Part shown: positions 51,779 to 60,898 of the stretch, one piece after another
Layout: each line of letters begins with the position of its first letter
How positions within the stretch are numbered: position 1 is the stretch's first letter
Virus record (IMG/VR): IMGVR_UViG_3300002515_000003
Coordinates: 64,001 to 128,000 of that record
Length of the DNA stretch: 64,000 nt
Direction: 5' to 3' (one strand)
Source: a virus
Lineage: Duplodnaviria; Caudoviricetes
Program-made: the position numbers and the translations under genes
The notes under the pieces: model-generated
Database searches by the model: none
What the model was told of the DNA's origin: nothing
The model's input: only the letters and a program-made list of their open reading frames with translations

Positions 51779-52084
51779 TTATTTATAGAATAATTCATGT
51801 AATTCTCCTGAAATATCACATTTAATATTTGCTTCATGATTCTCAGGATAGTAATCTTCGTCCTCTTCAATATTGAATTGTTTATTATCTTTATCTGTTA
51901 ATGGAGCTACAATAAAACTAGGTAAACTTGAACAACCATCGAGTGTTACTAATATTGAAAAAGCTAATCCTTCTAATTTTTCTTTAGTAGTATCTTTTTC
52001 TATTCTATCCCAATAATTAACTAACTCTCTTATATGTTCTAAAAACTCCGTTCTAACTTCTTCTACTGTTTTCTCTTTGGACAT
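51779..52084 (-). CDS. Hypothetical phage protein
   Basis: EGLAFSILVTLDG...GELHE; RBS AAGGAG. Confidence 0.65.
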   Translation of the reverse strand: MSKEKTVEEVRTEFLEHIRELVNYWDRIEKDTTKEKLEGLAFSILVTLDGCSSLPSFIVAPLTDKDNKQFNIEEDEDYYPENHEANIKCDISGELHELFYK

Positions 52085-52473
52085 TTAATAATCACTCCTT
52101 TTATCTTTTATGCCCTCTTTTATGCGTTTTCTAGTTAGGATTCTATAACTTCTAAAATTCTCTTTTGATTCAAATGTTTTATTATAACTCGTAAGTTTAT
52201 GTTTACAATAATTACTTAACCTTTTTTGATATTTATTCATATTTACCAAAACTCCTTTTATTTATATCATTATTATTTAAAACACCATAAAACTCATATT
52301 CTATTGACTTATTTACAAATCCGTCTAGCCTATAGCCCCATTGTTAAAAGTTATTTTGTACTATTAAGGTCATTTTTGCTTAAATGCGTTTAAATTGATT
52401 TTAAATTATATTATGTAATTTTTTAATATTTTTCAACAGAGAGTCGTTTAAATGGCTTCTATATGAAATTATA

Positions 52474-52695
52474 TTAATCTTCAATTTCATTTAAATAATC
52501 AAATATAAAACTGAAGTTGTTTAATTCATCACCAACTAAATATATTTGTGCTAAGTCAATTACTTTATCTATAAATACCTCATCCCATTCTAAATCTTCA
52601 TTATCATATAGTATAATTGAATTTCCATCACTATAACTATTTATGAATTTTGTTGTTGGGTAAAGATTTAATAATTCTTTTATTAATGTATCCAT
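52474..52695 (-). CDS. Hypothetical acidic protein
   Basis: RBS AGGGTGG. Confidence 0.55.
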   Translation of the reverse strand: MDTLIKELLNLYPTTKFINSYSDGNSIILYDNEDLEWDEVFIDKVIDLAQIYLVGDELNNFSFIFDYLNEIED

Positions 52696-52700
52696 ATTTT

Positions 52701-52868
52701 TTATACCACCCTCTTTAATATATCTATAGCTAATTTTATTTGAGCAACTTTTTCTTGATTAGCGTCAAAACATAATAAATTTTCTTGTCTTATTATTTGA
52801 TTTAATTCAAAGATTGCATTTTTAAGTCTTACTTTACATTCCATTTCTACAGTTATTGTATTTTCCAT
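52701..52868 (-). CDS. Hypothetical protein (likely start MENTI)
   Basis: RBS AAAGGAG inside the longer ORF call. Confidence 0.5.
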   Translation of the reverse strand: MENTITVEMECKVRLKNAIFELNQIIRQENLLCFDANQEKVAQIKLAIDILKRVV

Positions 52869-52916
52869 AATTATCATTTCTCCTTTTATGTATGTATTAT
52901 TGATTTTCAAATTTGA

Positions 52917-53213
52917 TTATTCCTCAATAGAAACAGTAGTTTCCCCTCTATTTTCATATTCATTATATATTTCTATTTTATCTTCATAGATTTCCATTTC
53001 TAAATATAATCCGCCAATTTCCCATTCAAATTGTATACTATCTCTCCCAGTAGGAGACACAAAAGGTGTTGGGTTCATTTGTTTTACTAAATCTATTGCT
53101 TTATTAATTAACTTTTCTGTAAAAGGGTTAGCATCGTATGTATTCCAATTTTGTTTTAGTTCTTTAAAGCTTTCAATTTTTTCTATTGCTTGTTTTAGTT
53201 CCATAACAATCAC
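52917..53213 (-). CDS. Hypothetical phage protein
   Basis: LKQNWNTYDA...PTGRDSIQFEWE pattern. Confidence 0.65.
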   Translation of the reverse strand: MIVMELKQAIEKIESFKELKQNWNTYDANPFTEKLINKAIDLVKQMNPTPFVSPTGRDSIQFEWEIGGLYLEMEIYEDKIEIYNEYENRGETTVSIEE

Positions 53214-53614
53214 ATCTCCTTTTTTATTCCCAATAAACCTTCTAATAATTCAACTTTCCCTGATAACATACCAATTCGACATAATGAACCAAAATACAAT
53301 ATATTAGCTTCTCCTTCATATTTTTCTTTATATTCTTTACTCTTATATAATTTTGAATTCTCTTCGCATTCAGCTATTCTTATTTTATAATATTTTAATC
53401 TTTCCTCAAGTCTTAATGATTTAATACTTGTCAAATAATCTTCGTCCAATATTTTACAGTCATTCTTCCAAAACCAATTGCTATCAGCTTCATCTTCTCT
53501 CCCTTTGATAAAATATACATTTTCAGTTAGTAAATCAAATTTTTCCACAACTTCAAACTCTCTTCCTTCCCAACCTTTATAATAGTAATTCCCATATTCA
53601 ATTCTTATTCTCAT
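53210..53614 (-). CDS. Hypothetical protein
   Basis: RBS AAGGAG. Confidence 0.6.
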   Translation of the reverse strand: MRIRIEYGNYYYKGWEGREFEVVEKFDLLTENVYFIKGREDEADSNWFWKNDCKILDEDYLTSIKSLRLEERLKYYKIRIAECEENSKLYKSKEYKEKYEGEANILYFGSLCRIGMLSGKVELLEGLLGIKKEM

Positions 53615-53634
53615 TTTATATCATTTCTCCTTTA

Positions 53635-53826
53635 TTAATACTTTAACCTTTGTCCACATTTATAACAATACTCAACATGATTAGGATTAGTAACTTCATT
53701 TCCACACATAGGACATCTTTCACCTTCTGTTTCAGTTATTATAATTTTATGTGGTATATTTTTATCTAAACATTGTTTAACATACCACACACCCCATCTT
53801 TCATCTCTAGTTGTCTGGTTAAACAT
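53635..53826 (-). CDS. Small zinc-ribbon protein
   Basis: CPMCG...YCYKCGQRL; RBS AAGGAGG. Confidence 0.65.
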   Translation of the reverse strand: MFNQTTRDERWGVWYVKQCLDKNIPHKIIITETEGERCPMCGNEVTNPNHVEYCYKCGQRLKY

Positions 53827-53859
53827 TATTGTTTCCTCCTTATTTGACTATTTTAATAT

Positions 53860-53930
53860 TATAAACTTGCATAATATTGATGAGTGTCTCAGAATTAACG
53901 TCTTAGTATAATTGACTATGCAAGTTTATA
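53860..53930. terminator. Long hairpin downstream of the ligase (terminator or processing site)
   Basis: TATAAACTTGCATA / TATGCAAGTTTATA. Confidence 0.5.
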
Positions 53931-53943
53931 GATTGTTATGTCA

Positions 53944-55884
53944 TTATTTTAAATAAGTATTCATTTCATCTTGATACATGATTTTTATTCCATCAGCCTC
54001 AGCTTTAGATTTTTTACCACTTTTACTCGTATCTCCACAAATTAGATAATCTAATGATTTTTTATATCCTGATTCAAAGGTACATCCTATTTCTGCTAAT
54101 TTAACTTTTAACTCTGCTTTTTTTAAACTAAAGACACCTGTACAGTAAACCTTGCACCCAAAGAGTTTGTTTTCATTACTTCCTTCTTTTACCTTCACTC
54201 TAACTTCCTCCTCAAATTTAATATATTGTAATAATTCATCCATTAATACTTGATTAGTTTCACTATTTAAATAATCTATGATACTTGTTGAAGTTATCTC
54301 TCCCATATCATTCATTAATATTAAATCATTAAATGTACAATTCCTAAAACCATCTATAGTTTTGAATCTAGATTGCAAATCCTTACTTGAACCACTTCCC
54401 ACGTTTGAAATCCCAAGGCTATAAATAAATTTTGCTAAAGTGGTTCTTTTTGAATCTTCTAAACTTTTAATTAAATTATTATAAGATTTAATCCCAAATC
54501 CATCCATGTTAATTATTTTTTCTTTATACTGTTCAATCTTATATACATCCGTTATATCTTTAATGAATCCTTTCTCTATAAACTTCTCAATAGTTTTAAT
54601 ACTGAAGTCGGTTATGTCCATTGCTTTCTTGCTACAAAAGTGCTTTATAGTTTGTGATAATTTAGCATTACAATTAGGATTAATACAATGTAATGTCTCC
54701 GTTCTATCAGATGTCCTTAATTCAACGTCTCCACCACACACAGGGCAACTAGTAGGAAGTATAAAGGAATTACTTTTAGTTAGATTCTCGGATAGCTGAG
54801 GTATTATCATGTTCGCCTTATATACCAAAATTTTATCAGATATACCTAATTCTAAATTTCTTAATATACTAATATTGTGTAGACTAGCCTTACCAACCAT
54901 TGATTGTTCAATCTCTACCTTATCAAAGTAAGCAACTGGGGTAAGGATTCCTGTACGTCCAATCTGGAATTTGATATCTCTTAGAATGGTTTCTTTGTTT
55001 GCATCTTCCCATTTAAAAGCAAAAGCATTATTTTCGTGATGTTGTCCTCCACCTAAACTTTTCCCGAATTTTAAGTCCTGAAACATAACGACTAAACCAT
55101 CCGTAGCAAAGGAATACTCACTTATTTTTTCTTTAAATAATAATACATTGCTTTCTAAAGTTGTAGAATTAACTATTTTATATTCAACACTATCAAATCC
55201 TAATTCACTTAACCAATCTAATTGTGATGTATATAATTCAAATGATTTATCACATTCAACTATTCCAAAAGCTTTAAATTGAATATTCCTCTGTTTTGTT
55301 ATTTTATTATCTAATTGCATAATTGAACCACTTGCTAGATTTCTTGGATTAGCATATTCACCATCTACATTAATTATCTCAAAATCTTCTCTACTTATTA
55401 AAGCTTCTCCTCTAATAACTAATTTACCACCATAATTAATTTGCTGTGGAATCCCTTTAAATACCTTAGCATTATGAAGAACTCTAGAGCCAACGTCACC
55501 TCCGCCTCTCGTAACCGCATCTACCAAAATATTATTATCATATGTTAACACTATAGTAAGTCCATCTTCTTTCCAACTCAAAACTCCTTCTTTATTGCCT
55601 AAGAATTTTATTAATTCATTTATATCTTTAGTTTTATCTAGTGATAACATTTCTTTATTGTGCCTAACTTTTTCAAGTGAGTTAATCACTTCATATCCTA
55701 CGGTTACTGTGGGTGAGTTAATTGGTGTAAAATTAGTTCTATTTTGTAATATCTCCAATTGATTATATTTATCATCCCACTCTTTGTCATTCATATTACT
55801 CTGTTTACCATTATAATATAGTGCAGATTCTTGATTTAATTCTTTAACCAAAGTTTTTATTCTATTAATTCTACTTATTTCCAT
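53944..55884 (-). CDS. ligA: NAD-dependent DNA ligase
   Basis: MLSLDK, KEDG, TRGGG, RGE, NPRNLASG, DGLVV, AFK, GRTG, CPVC...C Zn finger, C-terminal BRCT. Confidence 0.95.
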   Translation of the reverse strand: MEISRINRIKTLVKELNQESALYYNGKQSNMNDKEWDDKYNQLEILQNRTNFTPINSPTVTVGYEVINSLEKVRHNKEMLSLDKTKDINELIKFLGNKEGVLSWKEDGLTIVLTYDNNILVDAVTRGGGDVGSRVLHNAKVFKGIPQQINYGGKLVIRGEALISREDFEIINVDGEYANPRNLASGSIMQLDNKITKQRNIQFKAFGIVECDKSFELYTSQLDWLSELGFDSVEYKIVNSTTLESNVLLFKEKISEYSFATDGLVVMFQDLKFGKSLGGGQHHENNAFAFKWEDANKETILRDIKFQIGRTGILTPVAYFDKVEIEQSMVGKASLHNISILRNLELGISDKILVYKANMIIPQLSENLTKSNSFILPTSCPVCGGDVELRTSDRTETLHCINPNCNAKLSQTIKHFCSKKAMDITDFSIKTIEKFIEKGFIKDITDVYKIEQYKEKIINMDGFGIKSYNNLIKSLEDSKRTTLAKFIYSLGISNVGSGSSKDLQSRFKTIDGFRNCTFNDLILMNDMGEITSTSIIDYLNSETNQVLMDELLQYIKFEEEVRVKVKEGSNENKLFGCKVYCTGVFSLKKAELKVKLAEIGCTFESGYKKSLDYLICGDTSKSGKKSKAEADGIKIMYQDEMNTYLK

Positions 55885-55926
55885 ATTTTATAATCTCCTT
55901 TTATTTTAATATTTTATATATAATTA

Positions 55927-56127
55927 TTAATATCTTTCTCTCTTTTTAGGTTTTCTATATTTGCTATCTCTTCCACTTTGAATTAACTTCTTGCTTTTAA
56001 ATAATGTAATTATACCAAATAACTTATATGAAGTGATACTATAAACATTAAACTCATATTCATACTTAGACATAAATTTCTTAATATTAAATCTTTCTAT
56101 ACTTTGATATTCTTTTGATGTAATCAT
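55927..56127 (-). CDS. Hypothetical basic protein
   Basis: RBS AAGGAG. Confidence 0.5.
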   Translation of the reverse strand: MITSKEYQSIERFNIKKFMSKYEYEFNVYSITSYKLFGIITLFKSKKLIQSGRDSKYRKPKKRERY

Positions 56128-56128
56128 T

Positions 56129-56278
56129 TTATATCATCTCCTTTACAGGTATAAATAATTTAGCTGATTTTATCTTCCATTGTCCGTCTTCATAAATTGT
56201 AAAGAATGGATAACCATTTTTAAATTGAACTCCATAAACTATTTGTATTTTACATTCCTTATTATATACTTCAAACAT
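56129..56278 (-). CDS. Hypothetical 49-aa protein (not in ORF track)
   Basis: RBS GAGGAGG; MFEVYNKECK...; fills the gap in the operon. Confidence 0.5.
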   Translation of the reverse strand: MFEVYNKECKIQIVYGVQFKNGYPFFTIYEDGQWKIKSAKLFIPVKEMI

Positions 56279-56312
56279 TTTATCCCTCCTCTAATTGTAT
56301 TATTTTATATTA

Positions 56313-57035
56313 TTATAATTTATTGAATTTATTAAATAGTTCGTTTTGTTTTAAGTTACTTTTTATGTATAATTTATAATCTTCAAAATCTTCATCTTTT
56401 ATATCTCTTATAGGAGTTTCTCTAATTTTATAATAATCACAGTAATGACATTCACTTGATATATTAATTCCTGCTTTTTGTCCTTCGTCACCATATGATT
56501 CAAATGGACACCAACATCCTTTTGAATCATCATCATAAATCCTATTTATAGGATATTGACAAGTGGGAAATCTTTTCTTATATGAATTTATTTCTGAAGG
56601 AGAATACATCCCATATTCGTTATATTTTTCGTCTGGAAGAGTTTTATTCTCCATATCAATCCAATCTTGTCTTTCCATATCATGGTCTCCAGTATGATTA
56701 AGTGAGTATTCTTGATTCTCTAATAGGAAAGTCTCAATTAAATTATATATATCCTCTTCATGTTCATATATTTCATAATATTCATCGTCTTCTGTCTTAG
56801 ATGTTTCATTAAACCATTCCTTATATTCGTCTTTGTAACAATTAGAGCATAATTGTATCTCGATATTCTCATTATCAAAGTCACTCCCATATCCTCTACT
56901 ATAATTGCTAATTTTTAACTTATGTATCATTTCTTCTATTGGTTGTAGTGTATCACAACAATAGCATAATCTCTCTTTATTTTGATGTTTATATTCCCTA
57001 GTTTCAATTGAATTATTTAGTTTGATATTACTCAT
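56313..57035 (-). CDS. Hypothetical Cys-containing acidic phage protein
   Basis: CYCC...RGYGSDFD...LCSNC; RBS AAAGGAG. Confidence 0.7.
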   Translation of the reverse strand: MSNIKLNNSIETREYKHQNKERLCYCCDTLQPIEEMIHKLKISNYSRGYGSDFDNENIEIQLCSNCYKDEYKEWFNETSKTEDDEYYEIYEHEEDIYNLIETFLLENQEYSLNHTGDHDMERQDWIDMENKTLPDEKYNEYGMYSPSEINSYKKRFPTCQYPINRIYDDDSKGCWCPFESYGDEGQKAGINISSECHYCDYYKIRETPIRDIKDEDFEDYKLYIKSNLKQNELFNKFNKL

Positions 57036-57166
57036 TAATATTATCTCTCCTTTAATTATATATTATTATAGTTTTAATATACTTTATTGATTTATATTTT
57101 CTATTTCTAAAACAATGAGATTGCAGGAAGTATTAGCATTTATTACTAATTAATTCTTACAATCTC

Positions 57167-57196
57167 ATTATAACCCTTTTTACTATTTATTGTCAA
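57167..57196 (-). promoter_or_regulatory. SigA-type promoter
   Basis: TTGACA-18 bp-TATAAT on - strand, followed by a leader hairpin. Confidence 0.7.
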
Positions 57197-57234
57197 GTAT
57201 TTTATATTATTATATTGATATTAATTTTAAATGT

Positions 57235-57540
57235 TTATTTATAAAATACGTATTCATATTTAGTAGGTTGACCGATAACACATAATCTTCTAATATGTAC
57301 TAATACTAGGTCTGTTATTTTATCTTGAACACGTTCTTGTGTTTCATTTTCTTCATTCTCAGCATAAAATTCTAATTCTATATCGCAAGTAAATCCACGT
57401 TTTAGAATCTGTATATATTCTTGAGAACACATTGTTACTTTATCTTCCTCTTCTTTAAAACTTGAAATTGTTATTAGTTCTAATATGCTTTTGCCATTTA
57501 ACATTAACCTTATATTTGGCACATCTAATAAAAATATCAT
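57235..57540 (-). CDS. Hypothetical protein
   Basis: RBS AAGGAG. Confidence 0.6.
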   Translation of the reverse strand: MIFLLDVPNIRLMLNGKSILELITISSFKEEEDKVTMCSQEYIQILKRGFTCDIELEFYAENEENETQERVQDKITDLVLVHIRRLCVIGQPTKYEYVFYK

Positions 57541-57597
57541 TATTAATACACACTCCTTTAATTTTTATTATATTGTTTTGTCTGAATTATCATTCTC

Positions 57598-57846
57598 TTA
57601 ATTATCTTTTCTAAAGAACTTGAAATGTGTCTCTAGTAATTCTATTGTTATATAATATGCACAAAATATAAATGTTAAAGCAATACTGCACATTATTAGA
57701 AATCCTATAAAACCTACTAGAAATTTAACAATTATAAGACTAAACACAAATTCAAATATACTGACAAATATATTTGCTAAAAACATGATTGCTATAATTG
57801 TAAATATTGATGTTATTCCACCCATTATAAATTTTAAATATTTCAT
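57598..57846 (-). CDS. Small membrane protein
   Basis: Two hydrophobic segments; coupled start. Confidence 0.6.
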   Translation of the reverse strand: MKYLKFIMGGITSIFTIIAIMFLANIFVSIFEFVFSLIIVKFLVGFIGFLIMCSIALTFIFCAYYITIELLETHFKFFRKDN

Positions 57847-58370
57847 TTGTTATTTATCTCCTTTTCATATAACTTTTTATATTTGTTTCTTTCAGATTTA
57901 TATCTACTTACACTTCTGTTAAGCTTGGCGATTAATGATTCATCCATAGAATTATATTGTTTCTGAAATTCTCTGCATAATGAGCGTATCATGGAGTCTT
58001 TTAATATGTCTATTGATATTCCAAGTTCTTGACGTTTAGCTTTCTTAACACAGTAATCGCCAAGATAAACACCTATGTGATTTGGTATTTCATCCTTTAC
58101 TTGCTCATAAAGTTCTTTAGTTAAAATATAATAATTAAAATGACCAACAAAAGTATTTTTACATTTAGAATGAAAATCTGATTTAGAAATCTTTATTTCA
58201 TAACATCTAAACTCATGTTTACTATTCATCGTCATATAATCAACTCTTTCTTTTTTACCTTTTTTAGCATTAAATCCAATTGTAACCTCGAAACATGCGT
58301 ACACTCCCATTTTATTAGTAATATCCCATATTTGTCGTTCTAATTCTAAAGTTAAATCTGTTTTAGGGAT
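57843..58370 (-). CDS. PD-(D/E)XK nuclease-fold (MmcB-like) protein; probable ATC start at 58370
   Basis: EV...RVDY...YEIKISKSDF; frame open 20 codons upstream of ATG 58310, reaching RBS GAGGTG. Confidence 0.65.
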   Translation of the reverse strand: MPKTDLTLELERQIWDITNKMGVYACFEVTIGFNAKKGKKERVDYMTMNSKHEFRCYEIKISKSDFHSKCKNTFVGHFNYYILTKELYEQVKDEIPNHIGVYLGDYCVKKAKRQELGISIDILKDSMIRSLCREFQKQYNSMDESLIAKLNRSVSRYKSERNKYKKLYEKEINNK

Positions 58371-58392
58371 TAGTTATCACCTCTTTTATAAT

Positions 58393-58557
58393 TTATGAAT
58401 ACCATCTGTCCATACCTTCAAATACCTCCACCCCATCGGTGTACCCTAATTCTGATAACACTTGACACATTATACTATCTGCCCATATATGACTACATTC
58501 CGTGTCATCATTATCTTTTATTTCATCCATAACATTTTTAAATTCTATTGGTGTCAT
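58393..58557 (-). CDS. Hypothetical 54-aa protein (not in ORF track)
   Basis: MTPIEF...HIWADSIMCQVLSELGY..GVEVF...WYS; RBS AAGGAG; coupled to the upstream stop. Confidence 0.6.
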   Translation of the reverse strand: MTPIEFKNVMDEIKDNDDTECSHIWADSIMCQVLSELGYTDGVEVFEGMDRWYS

Positions 58558-59129
58558 TATTTAACTCCTTCAATTTTAAATTTTTCAATCATTCTATCAA
58601 TATCCTCATATAAATTATCTTGTTCTTCTTCTAATTCAGACGCTTCTAATAATAATTTATCTATTTTTGTATTATAATTATCAATATTAGTTTTCTTAAT
58701 AATCAAATCTGTTAAGAATTCTTTATCATTATTATACAAATTTAATATTTCGTCATTAGTAAATGCAGACAAATCAATTATATGTAATTCATTTTGACGA
58801 GTTGCCTTATATATTATTACTTGAGCAAGATTTTTACAAATTGAAATAGTGTATGTAAAATAATTAATAATAAGAGGATATTTTGTTTTATTTTCTTGTG
58901 TATCTAATATCTGTTGTTTAGTTTTAATTATTTCTAAAGATTCTATATATTGTTCTTCTAATTCATATATCAAAGATTCATTTAAGTCTAATTTAATATA
59001 TTCTCCTCTGATAAGATATGTATATACTCCGATTTCTACAATCGTACCTGTTAATAGAAAATTACCATCTTTCCTTATATAATTTATTTTAACTAAATCA
59101 CCTACATTTGCTTTTTGTTTTGCATTCAT
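58557..59129 (-). CDS. Hypothetical protein
   Basis: KANVGDLVKI start; RBS AAGGAG. Confidence 0.6.
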   Translation of the reverse strand: MNAKQKANVGDLVKINYIRKDGNFLLTGTIVEIGVYTYLIRGEYIKLDLNESLIYELEEQYIESLEIIKTKQQILDTQENKTKYPLIINYFTYTISICKNLAQVIIYKATRQNELHIIDLSAFTNDEILNLYNNDKEFLTDLIIKKTNIDNYNTKIDKLLLEASELEEEQDNLYEDIDRMIEKFKIEGVK

Positions 59130-59288
59130 TATTATATCTCCTTATTATTTTTTATTGTTAGTCTTTTTGTATAATATTTGTACAACCACTCCTCCCATTA
59201 CAAATCCCATAAACCATGCTAAATAATATATCCAAAACATAATTATTTCTCCTTTCTATTGCTTTCTAAATGAATTTATAGATTTATT

Positions 59289-59900
59289 TTATTTATTACT
59301 ACTTCCTAATTTACCTAACCCACGTTCTGATTTAATACTTTTTAATTCTTCCCATGATATTTCCTTGTCTTGAAATATTGGAACTGGTATCATAACAAAT
59401 TGAGTTATAGCTTTAGTAATAGGTTTTATAATGCAATCTGCTTTATTTATATATCTATCTTGAACTACAATGTCATCACCATATATTATTTTAAAATCGC
59501 TATCAAATGTATTTTCTAATAAATCAAACACACTACTCTCTTCTATTTCTTTATCTGATTGAGTGGTAATAATTAAGTATTTGTCTTTATTAGTGTTAAT
59601 CAAAGGAATAAAATAAGAATCACGATACCCAGAGTCACCAACGCCTGCACCTACGATTACGCCTTTACTCCCCATACCTCCTTTATCAAAGAACTTAGGG
59701 AAGTAATTTGTACTACATGCTATAGCTATTCCTGTATCTATTAATCTAGTAGAGCATGGTTCAATTACTATTGTTTCTGTTTCACAAGTATAAATATCTC
59801 TTCCTGCATCCTCTACTCTCTTAGTTGGTATAATTGCGTTTGGTTTAGTTTTAGCAAAGTATAATTCATTACCTTTTATTTCATTAATTTTAGTATTCAT
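59289..59900 (-). CDS. dut: dUTPase (trimeric type, divergent)
   Basis: AGRDIY, TGIA, GVGDSGYR, ITQ, RGLGKLGSS motifs. Confidence 0.88.
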   Translation of the reverse strand: MNTKINEIKGNELYFAKTKPNAIIPTKRVEDAGRDIYTCETETIVIEPCSTRLIDTGIAIACSTNYFPKFFDKGGMGSKGVIVGAGVGDSGYRDSYFIPLINTNKDKYLIITTQSDKEIEESSVFDLLENTFDSDFKIIYGDDIVVQDRYINKADCIIKPITKAITQFVMIPVPIFQDKEISWEELKSIKSERGLGKLGSSNK

Positions 59901-59902
59901 TT

Positions 59903-60392
59903 TTACATTTCTCCTTTTAATTTTATATTATTTTAGTTTTTTTAGTAAGGTTTAGAACATTACCATTTAAATCTATTTCTATATATGTTTTTAGTTGGTC
60001 ATCTTGTGATATGTATTCAAGTTGAATGGTATTTGTTTTTGGATTATAATTAGGACTATATTCTTTGAAATGAATTGCTTCCATATAAAGTCTATATTTA
60101 ACAGATTCATCAAAACATACAAATCTTTTATGGCATAATTTCTTTTTATCCTTATATAGCCTAACTGCCCATTTATTTTTTCATTATCAAAAGAAACTCC
60201 ACTTACTCCACTTGTATTATTATTCTGTTTTGTTTTGTTATATCCATTTTCTCTAATCGTTACGATTCTAAGATTATTTTTTCTATTATTTAATCCATTA
60301 CCATCAATATGGTCAACCATATACTCCAATGAAGAATTGCCCATTCCTATCATTTTCTTTCTCTTTATAAGTTCTTCGTTTGCTCATTTGCA
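59903..60392 (-). pseudogene. Truncated, frameshifted HNH-AP2 endonuclease
   Basis: VDHIDGNGLNNRKNNLR HNH; AP2-like continuation (KWAVRLY...ESVKYRLYME) in another frame after an A6 run at 60176-60181. Confidence 0.7.
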
Positions 60393-60412
60393 TCTCCTTA
60401 TTTTATATTGTT

Positions 60413-60877
60413 TTAATAATTCAATCCTTTTTTATAAATATGCTGATTACTTGTTGCGAGATTTATTCCATACATAGTGTTATTAAGCGTGGTTAACTCA
60501 GGTAAGTATCTACCACATTTAATATAATCACATAATTCTATTATTTCTTTTGGAATTTCTTCCATCTCATATCTTGTAAACAACCATATCTTTTTATTCA
60601 ATGGTTTTAAATCCAATAACATATGTAATAATTCATTATGATTTTGGTCAAGTGGTTCTCCTCCAAATAACATAATATTATCAATAAGATTATCAAAGTT
60701 TTTAACTTTAGCTTGTAATTTTTCACTATATTCTTTGTTATATAATTCTCCTTGATTAAAATCCCAACTTTGGTGATTGTGGCAGTTAACACAGTGGGGT
60801 GAACCACTGCATCCTGCTACATAAATATCTAATGATTTATAAGTTAATGTATATTGTGAAGCTAAAATATTCATCAT
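60413..60877 (-). CDS. nrdG: Anaerobic ribonucleotide reductase activating protein (radical SAM)
   Basis: GCSGSPHCVNCHN, GGEPLDQ, ATSNQ; adjacent to nrdD. Confidence 0.9.
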   Translation of the reverse strand: MMNILASQYTLTYKSLDIYVAGCSGSPHCVNCHNHQSWDFNQGELYNKEYSEKLQAKVKNFDNLIDNIMLFGGEPLDQNHNELLHMLLDLKPLNKKIWLFTRYEMEEIPKEIIELCDYIKCGRYLPELTTLNNTMYGINLATSNQHIYKKGLNY

Positions 60878-60898
60878 TCAATCTCCTTTATTATAGTA

